Source: Candidatus Zixiibacteriota bacterium (GTDB lineage: Bacteria > Zixibacteria > MSB-5A5 > GN15 > PGXB01). From it: a DNA stretch of 11,379 nucleotides. The translations under genes and the position numbers were made by a program. Within the stretch, counting starts at the first letter, position 1; each line of letters begins with the position of its first letter. Positions 1 through 7,669 of the stretch are shown piece after piece. The notes under the pieces were generated by a model. That model ran no database searches and was not told the DNA's origin. It saw nothing but the letters and a program-made list of their open reading frames with translations. The stretch lies in contig JBDRRI010000028.1 of NCBI GenBank assembly GCA_043825815.1, positions 1-11,379 on the forward strand, given 5' to 3'.

Positions 1-1
1 T

Positions 2-364
2 GATCCCAGCAAAACGACTATTTTCTACAAACGACCGCAACTTGAGGCTTATAAATACCTGCATGATATTAAAAATCTGCAAGGCGTTTATGATCTTTCC
101 CAAAAATGGTTTCGAAGCGGCGCCTTTTATTATCTTCATAGAAATGTCCCCATCTATTTCTTTGATCGCCCGCCCGGTAATATGGCTTATATAAGTCATA
201 TAATTACTGATTTCCCGATTGCAAATGCACCCGAATTTCAGCTGGAAAAATCAATCGGCGAGGTCAATATTTACGGCCGGAAAAATAAAAATTTCGCATA
301 TCAGAAAGACCCCAATTACAACTACAATTTTCTACAGCCAGGTGTCGATATTTCATTGCATTGA
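2..364 (+). CDS. Hypothetical protein, C-terminal fragment; ORF enters from upstream of the window.
   Basis: I translated the frame from nt 2 by hand and found no stop codon until TGA at 362-364, so the ORF is open to the window edge. The internal ATG at 182 listed in the ORF track is probably not the real start. Hydrophilic, Tyr/Asn-rich sequence (...FFDRPPGNMAYISHIITDFPIANAPEFQLEK...). I recognise no family. Confidence 0.5.
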   Translation, partial: DPSKTTIFYKRPQLEAYKYLHDIKNLQGVYDLSQKWFRSGAFYYLHRNVPIYFFDRPPGNMAYISHIITDFPIANAPEFQLEKSIGEVNIYGRKNKNFAYQKDPNYNYNFLQPGVDISLH

Positions 365-464
365 AATAATCTCATATAGAAGAATCACTTGCGAAAATCA
401 TCATTTTGCGTAACTTATATATGCGCACTATTTTATTAAATAATTATAAATATGGGGTTCACAA
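365..464 (+). promoter_or_regulatory. AT-rich intergenic leader upstream of the protease gene; presumed promoter region, no consensus elements confidently identified.
   Basis: 100-bp AT-rich gap between the upstream stop and the ATG at 465. No clean TTGACA/TATAAT or Bacteroidetes TAnnTTTG match. Only a weak GGGG lies about 9 nt upstream of the ATG. Confidence 0.2.
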
Positions 465-3400
465 ATGAATAAATACTATTCAGTATTCATATCTGTCTTT
501 TTAATATGCCTTTTATCGGTTTCATCTTTTTCAATGATGACCTCGGATGAAATAGCCGAGTACAATAAAAATCCAAAAAGCATTATTATCAAGTTTTCGG
601 GGGACACGAAACCGATTCAGTTAACAACCTCCAAAAGCCTGTTAAACAGCGGTTTCAAAAAGCTCGATGATATTAACCGCCGGTATAATGTAAAGTCAAT
701 CTCTTACCTTATTTCGCAAAATTCGGCCAGTCAATCAGCGCAAAAATTTAAAGATGTCTGTGTCGTCAATATTCAGGAAAATAGCGATTGGCTGGCACTT
801 GTTAATGAGTACAAATCACTTCCCAATGTCGAATATGGCGAACCCGATTATATGGCTCAACTTCATGCCTCGCCAAATGATCCGCTGTACCTCTATCAAT
901 GGCATCTGAATAATACCGGTCAGGAGCATTATCATGTTCTTCGAACCTACGGATCTTACAATGATTCGTTGATCATGACCGAGGGCCTTTTTGATGCCGA
1001 TATTAATGCCGAAGAGGTCTACCAGAATCCACCCGATAATACCGTTACAACGGTTGTGGCCGTAATCGATACCGGAGCCGATATGGTTCACCCTGATTTG
1101 GAGCAAAATATCTGGACAAATCCCGGCGAAATCCCCGATAATGGCATTGATGACGATCATAATGGTTATATTGATGATGTTCACGGATGGGATTTCGCGG
1201 CCAGCCTTGACCCGCTCGAACCGGGCGACAATGACCCGACTGATTATGTCGGACATGGCACGCACGCGGCGGGAATTATCGCCGCCGTGACCGATAATAA
1301 TCTGGGCATCGCCGGAGTCGCGACCAATTGCAAAATAATGCCGCTCAATTTCGACCCCCTGCCTTTGGTTTCGAGGATTGCCGGTGCCATATTGTATGCC
1401 GCCGATAACGGCGCTGATTGTATCAGTATGAGTTTTGGCTTGAACTTCCGCTCTGATTTAATTGAAGAAGCCTGCAATTATGCCCGCTCTAAAGGTGTCG
1501 TTTTATTCGCCTCATCGGGTAATGATGGAATTGCCGTCGATGTTTTTCCCGCTTCGTATGAATCGGTTATTTCGGTAGGTGCGACCAATGACTCCGATCA
1601 CGTTGCCACTTACTCCAGTTTTGGTGAAAACCTCTCCCTTGTCGCCCCGGGTTCGTCCATTCTATCACTTCGGGCCGGTAATACCGACATCTATGGCTCC
1701 AGTTATCCCTATGAGCCCAAATTGCATATTATTGATACTCTCTACTACCTCATGTCGGGAACCAGTATGGCCTGCCCCAACGCCGCTGGCGTGGCGGCAC
1801 AGCTCCGCTCGATCTCTCCCGGCCTGACTCCGGAACGAGTTAAATATATAATGGAATCAACCGCCAAGGATATTATTGATCCCTATGGAGTCGGATGGAA
1901 CCTCCCCGGACCGGATCTTCATAGCGGAAATGGCCGAATCGACCTCTATCAGGCGGTTCAAAATCTGCCTGGGATTAGAACACGAATTGTTTCGCCGCAA
2001 CGCAATGAAATCGTGTTAGGTGTGGTTGATATCTCAGGAATTGCCGATGGGACTGAATTTGTCAATTACGATTTAAATTTTGGCGCCGGTGATGTTCCCT
2101 CGAATTGGACCGAATTGATATCATCAGCAACTCCGGTCACCGATAATATTTTGACCGGTTGGAACACGGCGGGATTGAATGGAAGATATTCGCTTCGCTT
2201 AAAATCGGGCGATTACAATATCGATCAAATCTCATTTTTTGTTATTAACGATACTGTTGCACAGATCACTTCACCCTCGGATGGCGAGATAATCGCCAAT
2301 TTTGCGGCGATTACTGCCAACGCTTATATTCCAGAATTTGTTAACTATCTGATTGAGTATAAAGCGGACACTTCCGAAAATTGGACCGAATTAAATTCCA
2401 GTTTTATTCCAATCTTTGATGAAAAAGCCGCCTCCTGGTATCTGGAAGATATTCCCGCTGGCGATTACAGTCTAAAGCTTACTGTTTATTCTTCGGATGG
2501 TCCCATTGCCGCCGACAGTATTATGATTCATCTTCAATCGATTTTCGACACCGAATCGGCCTGGCGGGTGGAATTGGGCAATTATCCGGTTATTATCCCC
2601 AACTATGGTGATTTCGACAACGACGGCCAGAATGAGATTATTATCGGCACCGCCACCGGTATAAAATCATACAACCCGGATGGCACTGAAAAAACCGAGG
2701 GCATGCCGTTTTTCCCTCGCAACAATTATTGGGTGCCCCCGGCAGTCGGCAATATCGATGGCGATGGTATTGATGATATCATCGCTCTCGGCTATGACCC
2801 GCCGATTCTCTACGGATATCCGTCAAATGGCGAGTCTTTTGAAGTATATGTCGGACTCTTTCCCCCAATCGGCAACTATTCGCAAACTGAACACGAGTTT
2901 TCCAAAGTTTTCCTAAAGGATATCGATAACGACAGTCTCGATGAAATCCATGTTTTCATATATAACCGTTCTCTTACCGAAACATTTTTGTACGAAGAAG
3001 ACGGCACATTTATTAATAGTTTTAAATATTACTCCGAATACCAACCAGCCGATCTCAACGGTGACCATTTGGATGAGATTTATGTCAGTAGTCGAGGATT
3101 CGGTCTTTTAAAACAGATCGACCCATATACGGGCGCAAGTATAGATAGTCTGATTATTGAAATGGAAGGCTCCAACTTTAACGTTGCCGGTTTATCAGGA
3201 TTTGACATCGACAATGATTCTCTGGCCGAGCTAATCGTTTTCGGATATTATGCTGATTTCGGATACTGGCTGTATGCCTTCGATGACGGACTCAATCTTT
3301 TCGAGGGCTGGCCGCATAACCTTTACATCGATGATTATGTCGTTCCGACCATGCCGATCTTCGGCGATATTAACGGCGACAGCGTCCCCGAATATATGAC

Positions 3401-4199
3401 AACCTTTTTTGATATCAGCGCCAGTTATGTTTTGGTTTGGAATCTGGACGGTTCATCTTATTTTCCGAATTTCCCCAATGGTTTCTTTGCCGCTTCGCCG
3501 GAACCGTCGGTGATGAATATGCTTCTTCTGGCTGATATGAACAACGATGGCCAAACCGATATTATCAGTTGCGCCGACAATGATATGTTCAACACCTTTC
3601 AGGCTCAAAGAATTTATGCCTGGGATAATGAGGCTCAACTACTGCCCGGTTTTCCGATTATCACCGTTCCCGACGGTAATACTTCCGACCGATTTACGCC
3701 GTCAATTGGCGATATCAACCGGGATGACAATGTCGATATGATTATGACCACGCCCGATGATGCCGCCATCTTCGTTAATTTTCCCGGAAACTCTTACAAT
3801 TATGCCAAGTCTCCGGCACCATTCTGGAGATATAACCGCAAAATGAACAACATTGGTCCCCTTCCAGGCGACGATATAACAACCCCGGTCAATGAGATTA
3901 TTTATAATAACCTGCTTCCCGACCAATTCGGTCTGGCCCAGAATTATCCCAATCCGTTTAACCCGTCAACTTCCATTTATTATAATCTGCCTAAAGCTGC
4001 CGATGTTGCCATTAACATTTACAACCTTCTGGGACAAAAAGTAAAAACGCTGATCAATCTCCATCAGCGAGCTGGGCAATATCAAATCATTTGGGATGGT
4101 ACCAACGACAGGGGCGGTAAAATTTCCAGTGGAATATATTTCTATCGCATGGAAACTGAAGAATTCAGCCAAACTCGAAAAATGCTTCTGCTTAAATAA
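465..4199 (+). CDS. Secreted multidomain subtilisin-like serine protease (peptidase S8), 1244 aa. Order: signal peptide, propeptide, S8 catalytic domain, two tandem beta-sandwich modules, eight FG-GAP/integrin-alpha-like calcium-loop repeats (probable beta-propeller), T9SS C-terminal sorting domain.
   Basis: - Signal peptide: MNKYYSVFISVFLICLLSVSSFS.
- S8 motifs in canonical D-H-S order: VVAVIDTGAD (Asp codon about 1068-1070), HGTHAAGIIA (His codon about 1254-1256), oxyanion SSGNDG, GTSMACPNAAG (Ser codon about 1764-1766). Asp-rich Ca-binding insertion DDDHNGYIDDVHGWDF.
- Eight repeats of the form hydrophobic-D-x-[DN]-x-D-x-x-x-[DE]-hydrophobic, e.g. DFDNDGQNEIIIG, NIDGDGIDDIIALG, DIDNDSLDEIHVF, DLNGDHLDEIYVS, DIDNDSLAELIVFG, DINGDSVPEYMTT, DMNNDGQTDIISC, DINRDDNVDMIMTT (about nt 2530-3915).
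- C-terminus QNYPNPFNPSTSIYYNLPKAADVAINIYNLLGQKVKTLIN...WDGTNDRGGKISSGIYFYRMETEEFSQTRKMLLLK (about nt 3933-4196) matches the T9SS Por_Secre_tail / TIGR04183 pattern, including the terminal KMLLLK. Confidence 0.93.
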   Translation: MNKYYSVFISVFLICLLSVSSFSMMTSDEIAEYNKNPKSIIIKFSGDTKPIQLTTSKSLLNSGFKKLDDINRRYNVKSISYLISQNSASQSAQKFKDVCVVNIQENSDWLALVNEYKSLPNVEYGEPDYMAQLHASPNDPLYLYQWHLNNTGQEHYHVLRTYGSYNDSLIMTEGLFDADINAEEVYQNPPDNTVTTVVAVIDTGADMVHPDLEQNIWTNPGEIPDNGIDDDHNGYIDDVHGWDFAASLDPLEPGDNDPTDYVGHGTHAAGIIAAVTDNNLGIAGVATNCKIMPLNFDPLPLVSRIAGAILYAADNGADCISMSFGLNFRSDLIEEACNYARSKGVVLFASSGNDGIAVDVFPASYESVISVGATNDSDHVATYSSFGENLSLVAPGSSILSLRAGNTDIYGSSYPYEPKLHIIDTLYYLMSGTSMACPNAAGVAAQLRSISPGLTPERVKYIMESTAKDIIDPYGVGWNLPGPDLHSGNGRIDLYQAVQNLPGIRTRIVSPQRNEIVLGVVDISGIADGTEFVNYDLNFGAGDVPSNWTELISSATPVTDNILTGWNTAGLNGRYSLRLKSGDYNIDQISFFVINDTVAQITSPSDGEIIANFAAITANAYIPEFVNYLIEYKADTSENWTELNSSFIPIFDEKAASWYLEDIPAGDYSLKLTVYSSDGPIAADSIMIHLQSIFDTESAWRVELGNYPVIIPNYGDFDNDGQNEIIIGTATGIKSYNPDGTEKTEGMPFFPRNNYWVPPAVGNIDGDGIDDIIALGYDPPILYGYPSNGESFEVYVGLFPPIGNYSQTEHEFSKVFLKDIDNDSLDEIHVFIYNRSLTETFLYEEDGTFINSFKYYSEYQPADLNGDHLDEIYVSSRGFGLLKQIDPYTGASIDSLIIEMEGSNFNVAGLSGFDIDNDSLAELIVFGYYADFGYWLYAFDDGLNLFEGWPHNLYIDDYVVPTMPIFGDINGDSVPEYMTTFFDISASYVLVWNLDGSSYFPNFPNGFFAASPEPSVMNMLLLADMNNDGQTDIISCADNDMFNTFQAQRIYAWDNEAQLLPGFPIITVPDGNTSDRFTPSIGDINRDDNVDMIMTTPDDAAIFVNFPGNSYNYAKSPAPFWRYNRKMNNIGPLPGDDITTPVNEIIYNNLLPDQFGLAQNYPNPFNPSTSIYYNLPKAADVAINIYNLLGQKVKTLINLHQRAGQYQIIWDGTNDRGGKISSGIYFYRMETEEFSQTRKMLLLK

Positions 4200-4232
4200 G
4201 TCCCGGTAGAAAACCGCACCGGACCAGCTTTC
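4200..4232 (+). terminator. Weak candidate stem-loop just after the protease stop, without a clear U-tract.
   Basis: Reading gtcccggt-agaaaaccgc-accggac, I find an imperfect 7-bp stem with a 1-nt bulge. It is followed by cagctttcgcg, which is not T-rich. Confidence 0.2.
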
Positions 4233-4387
4233 GCGCTCCTCGTATGGGCCTACTAACAACGCAGGAAATGTTGCCATTAAATCGCATTATTCGTATAATT
4301 CTACGACTGCAATTTAATCAAATAATTTAATATTTTCCCATCACCTTGTAATACAATATCTTAAGGCAATACGAATCCACCTCATTA

Positions 4388-4416
4388 TTGACTGGCATAC
4401 CATTTGTTCATATAGT
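4388..4416 (+). promoter_or_regulatory. Near-consensus sigma70-type promoter: TTGACT, 17-nt spacer, TATAGT. A second perfect TATAAT lies at 4425-4430.
   Basis: -35 TTGACT at 4388-4393, spacer ggcataccatttgttca (17 nt), -10 TATAGT at 4411-4416. The predicted TSS of about 4423 gives a roughly 100-nt leader before the small ORF's RBS-preceded ATG at 4528. If the host used only Bacteroidetes-type sigmaA (-33 TTTG / -7 TAnnTTTG), this call would be coincidental. Confidence 0.35.
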
Positions 4417-4527
4417 TGTAGTAATATAATTGCAGGATTTTTCCGCCACCCCTCGCTTGACGGACGAAAATTTTACACAACGGTCTTGAGAAATGAAGAG
4501 AGAAGCAACAGAAATGGAGGGTTTTCA

Positions 4528-4803
4528 ATGAGAACTATGACAATGATAATTACCGCGATTGCAATATTAGTGATGATGTCTCCTCTGCTCGGTTCCAATG
4601 ATAACTCCGACATGCAAAAAAATATCGAAAAAACAACTGATTCAATCAATGCCTTCGACAAAGAGACCAGCCTGTTTTCGCGTTATCCGGCCCTAAGCAA
4701 AGTGCCGATTATGCGCGGTCGCGCCATTCCCTGCACGACTTCGATTATTATAGAAACAATGCCGATTGACAAATCTACCCCAAAACCAAAACAAATGGGC
4801 TAA
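4528..4803 (+). CDS. Small secreted hypothetical protein of about 91 aa with an N-terminal signal peptide. The ORF track starts it at 4486, but the ATG at 4528 has the better RBS.
   Basis: GGAGGG lies 7 nt upstream of the ATG at 4528. Product MRTMTMIITAIAILVMMSPLLGS | NDNSDMQKNIEKTTDSINAFDKETSLFSRYPALSKVPIMRGRAIPCTTSIIIETMPIDKSTPKPKQMG has a classical h-region then a polar mature part with a single Cys. It sits downstream of the sigma70-like promoter. I recognise no family. The antisense ORF 4473..4661 is judged spurious. Confidence 0.45.
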   Translation: MRTMTMIITAIAILVMMSPLLGSNDNSDMQKNIEKTTDSINAFDKETSLFSRYPALSKVPIMRGRAIPCTTSIIIETMPIDKSTPKPKQMG

Positions 4804-4870
4804 ATTATTGTGGTTTTATAATTTTGTGTTTGTCCTTTGGCATCTTATTTCAAAAAATCTGACTAAATCC

Positions 4871-4899
4871 TTGCAAAAATACAACTTTAATGATAATCT
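4871..4899 (+). promoter_or_regulatory. Possible promoter for the M16 peptidase pair: TTGCAA, 17-nt spacer, TAATCT.
   Basis: TTGCAA at 4871-4876, 17-nt spacer, TAATCT at 4894-4899. GGAG lies about 8-9 nt upstream of the ATG at 4952. A Bacteroidetes-style TAATTTTG (TAnnTTTG) also occurs at 4819-4826. Neither call is strong. Confidence 0.2.
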
Positions 4900-4951
4900 T
4901 TCGTTTAATATTGAAGAAATTATTTAAATAAATCTATATGGAGTAAATGTT

Positions 4952-6244
4952 ATGCAACGTTTCTTGATTGTTGTTCTATTCATTTTGATTTTGCCAGTTC
5001 TGGCGTCAGCCAAAGACTGGCATATCACTACGCTCGATAACGGTCTAAAAATAATGATTCTGGAGAACCATCAGGTGCCCCAGGTCAATATTTCGACAAC
5101 CATTAAAGTTGGAGCCAAAAACGAATCCGATTACTTTAACGGAGCCACCCATCTACTGGAACATTTGATTCTCTTCCGGGGAACCGAAGAGATGACTGGA
5201 GAAGAGCTCGGCGATGCCATGAAACAGCACGGCGCTTATTTCAACGGTTACACCTCATCGGATTGGACAGATTTTGTTATTACCCTGCCGAAAGAAAATC
5301 TCGATTTCGCTCTTAAAATCCATGCCGATATGCTCTTCCGCTCCAATTTCCCCAAAGAAGCAATGGATATGGAACGTCAGGCGGTTTTTGAAGAGATCAA
5401 TATTAACGAGGATAATCCCTCCGGCAAGGCCTATTATTCTTCATTGGAAGCGCTATACGGCAAACATCAATATTCCAAATCGGTTTTGGGAACTCAGGAA
5501 AAGATTTTGACCGTCGACCGTGATTCGGTCTATGCCTATTACAAAAGATATTACGCTCCCAATAATATGACCATGGTCATTGTTGGGGATATTGATGCCG
5601 CCCAAACTCTGGAAAAAGTCAAACAATACTTTGCCGATTTCCCCAAAGGCTGGGATGCCAAAGATATCTACAACGCCCCGCCCAAACTGGCTAAAGTTAA
5701 AGAGATTAAAATTAAAAAAGATGTCGGCCAGGCCTATCTTATGATGTCAAGCCTCGGTCCTAAAGCCAACAGCCCCGATCAATATTCGCTCGATATTTTG
5801 GCCACCCTGCTTGGTAATGGCGAATCGAGCCGCCTCTATAAAAAACTTATCGACGAACTCGGACTTGTATATTCCATTCAATATTCATTCTATACATCGA
5901 AATACGAAGGCATCCTGCTGTCATTTGCGACTTTGGATCCTTCCAAAATAAGCGAAGTTGAAAAGGCAATTAACACTACCCTTAACGATGTCATTGCCAA
6001 CGGTTTCACTGAACGTGAACTTCAGAAAGCGAAAAACATCATTAACACCAATCATTATGCCGGGCAGGAACGCGGTCTTGATTTGGCCGATAGCTATGCT
6101 CAGTATGATTCGCATATCGGGTATCAGTTTGTCGAAAACTATCCCGAAAACATTGAAAAAGTGACGCTGGCCCAGCTGAACGAAACAGCCAAAAAATATC
6201 TGAATACCAAAGCGTACGTTAAAACAATGGTGGTGCCGCAATGA
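4952..6244 (+). CDS. M16 family (pitrilysin/insulinase-like) zinc metallopeptidase, catalytic subunit; secreted, 430 aa.
   Basis: Signal peptide MQRFLIVVLFILILPVLASA. Inverted zincin motif HLLEH within GATHLLEHLILFRGTEEM (nt 5150-5164), located near the N-terminus as in M16 enzymes. Size and two-lobe layout are typical of M16B. The stop overlaps the next gene's start (ATGA at 6241-6244). Confidence 0.9.
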   Translation: MQRFLIVVLFILILPVLASAKDWHITTLDNGLKIMILENHQVPQVNISTTIKVGAKNESDYFNGATHLLEHLILFRGTEEMTGEELGDAMKQHGAYFNGYTSSDWTDFVITLPKENLDFALKIHADMLFRSNFPKEAMDMERQAVFEEININEDNPSGKAYYSSLEALYGKHQYSKSVLGTQEKILTVDRDSVYAYYKRYYAPNNMTMVIVGDIDAAQTLEKVKQYFADFPKGWDAKDIYNAPPKLAKVKEIKIKKDVGQAYLMMSSLGPKANSPDQYSLDILATLLGNGESSRLYKKLIDELGLVYSIQYSFYTSKYEGILLSFATLDPSKISEVEKAINTTLNDVIANGFTERELQKAKNIINTNHYAGQERGLDLADSYAQYDSHIGYQFVENYPENIEKVTLAQLNETAKKYLNTKAYVKTMVVPQ

Positions 6245-7563
6245 AAAAATATTATATCCTATTATCGGTCCTTTTAATGGCCACACTCTTCCTAATTAAC
6301 AGTTGCGGCCGCCGCGCCGACACCCTTACCATCGGCAATGATGGCTACGGAACCGTAACCCTGGCCAACGGCATTAAGGTTCTTGTCAATCAGGATAAAA
6401 CGACTTCGCTGACCTCAGCCAGAATTCTCTTCGGCGGAGGCGTCTTAACCGAAACGCCAGAAAATAACGGCATTACCAATATGATGATTAAGATGCTCCT
6501 CAAGGGTAATGCTACTATGACCGCTGAACAGATTACCGAACAACTTGATTTTTACGGCGCCAATATTTCTGCCGATGGTTATCGCGATTATGAAACCATA
6601 TCATTCACGTCGCTGACCGAGAATTTCGACAGTGTTTTTAAAATTGTGACTGAGTGTATCGTCTCCCCTACGTTTCCCGAATCAGAACTGGCCAAACTGA
6701 AAGTTGAAATCGAGGGTAATATCAAGGCTTCCAATGACAACCAGTCGGCCGCCTCAAGCAAACTCTTCTGGAAAACCGCCTATGGCAATCAAAATTACGG
6801 ACTGCCAACCGACGGTACGATCGAATCAATTCAGAATATCACCGTGGCGCAGATTAAATCTCAATATGATAAGTACATCGGCGGAAGCAATGCCATCTTT
6901 GCCATATCGACCGATCTCGATGTCAATGATATCAACAACAGAGTCATTCCCTTTCTTGATAAAATCAAACCGACTGCTGAAAAGGTTACTCCCCCGACCA
7001 AGGAACTGCAATCCAATCACGAAGGTTTGATAGTTTTCGACCGCAACCAGTCATTTATTTTCAAAGGCTTTATTCTCGAGCATCTTTCTCCGAAAGAGTT
7101 CGCCTGTGTTCATCTGCTCAATGAAGTGATGGGCGCCAATGTCGGCTCCCGGTTGTGGTATCTGCGCCAGAAAGAAAAACTGGCCTATTCGGTTTATACC
7201 CAGTATGCGACCGATAAATTCGGCTCATTATTCCGCGCCGGAATTGGCACCGACACCTCCAAAGTCACACAGGCTCTTAGTTCGCTGGAACGGGAATTTA
7301 AACTACTGATTGATAGTGGCATTACCGAAACAGAACTGACCGACGCCCGAATCAATATGAAAAACAACCTGATGTTCCGTATTGATAGAAAATCAAACCG
7401 CGCCAATAATATGGCTTATTATGAATATATCGGTTATAACTATCGGATAATTCTTGACCTGATTGCGATGGCCGATAAGATCACGCTCAAAGAGGTGAAT
7501 GATTTTGTTAAAAAGAACTTCACCGAGGACAAAAAATACACCTCAATCGTCGGCAAGAAATAG
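6241..7563 (+). CDS. M16 family peptidase-like protein lacking the HxxEH motif (non-catalytic partner subunit); predicted lipoprotein, 440 aa.
   Basis: Lipoprotein signal MKKYYILLSVLLMATLFLINSC with a lipobox Cys. No HxxEH at the homologous N-terminal position. Overall length and pattern parallel the upstream gene. The 4-bp ATGA overlap implies translational coupling, as in heterodimeric M16B pairs. Confidence 0.87.
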   Translation: MKKYYILLSVLLMATLFLINSCGRRADTLTIGNDGYGTVTLANGIKVLVNQDKTTSLTSARILFGGGVLTETPENNGITNMMIKMLLKGNATMTAEQITEQLDFYGANISADGYRDYETISFTSLTENFDSVFKIVTECIVSPTFPESELAKLKVEIEGNIKASNDNQSAASSKLFWKTAYGNQNYGLPTDGTIESIQNITVAQIKSQYDKYIGGSNAIFAISTDLDVNDINNRVIPFLDKIKPTAEKVTPPTKELQSNHEGLIVFDRNQSFIFKGFILEHLSPKEFACVHLLNEVMGANVGSRLWYLRQKEKLAYSVYTQYATDKFGSLFRAGIGTDTSKVTQALSSLEREFKLLIDSGITETELTDARINMKNNLMFRIDRKSNRANNMAYYEYIGYNYRIILDLIAMADKITLKEVNDFVKKNFTEDKKYTSIVGKK

Positions 7564-7587
7564 ACAGAAGAATATTGTCATTATTAA

Positions 7588-7616
7588 ACGGGAGTCAAAG
7601 CGGCTCCCGTTTTTTA
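7588..7616 (+). terminator. Rho-independent terminator between convergent genes, probably bidirectional.
   Basis: Perfect 7-bp stem ACGGGAG (7588-7594) / CTCCCGT (7604-7610), 9-nt loop tcaaagcgg, followed by TTTTTTATTAT. On the opposite strand the same hairpin is preceded by an A-run and followed by TTAATAAT, so it can also terminate the minus-strand methyltransferase gene that ends at 7670. Confidence 0.7.
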
Positions 7617-7669
7617 TTATATAAATGACTTTTAAGGGACATAACCCTTTAGTGGCTCTGCCTACCACA

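Noticed and set aside
816-1477. Minus-strand ORFs of 149 aa and 77 aa inside the protease gene
   Set aside because: They lie fully antisense within a gene that has strong, contiguous S8 domain homology. They are Ile/Arg-rich products typical of antisense reading of AT-rich coding DNA, with no RBS or motif.
4486-4527. Upstream in-frame ATG (MRNEERSNRNGGFS...) extending the small ORF by 14 codons
   Set aside because: The extension is highly charged and would bury the signal peptide. The GGAGGG RBS is positioned for the ATG at 4528, which begins a canonical signal peptide.
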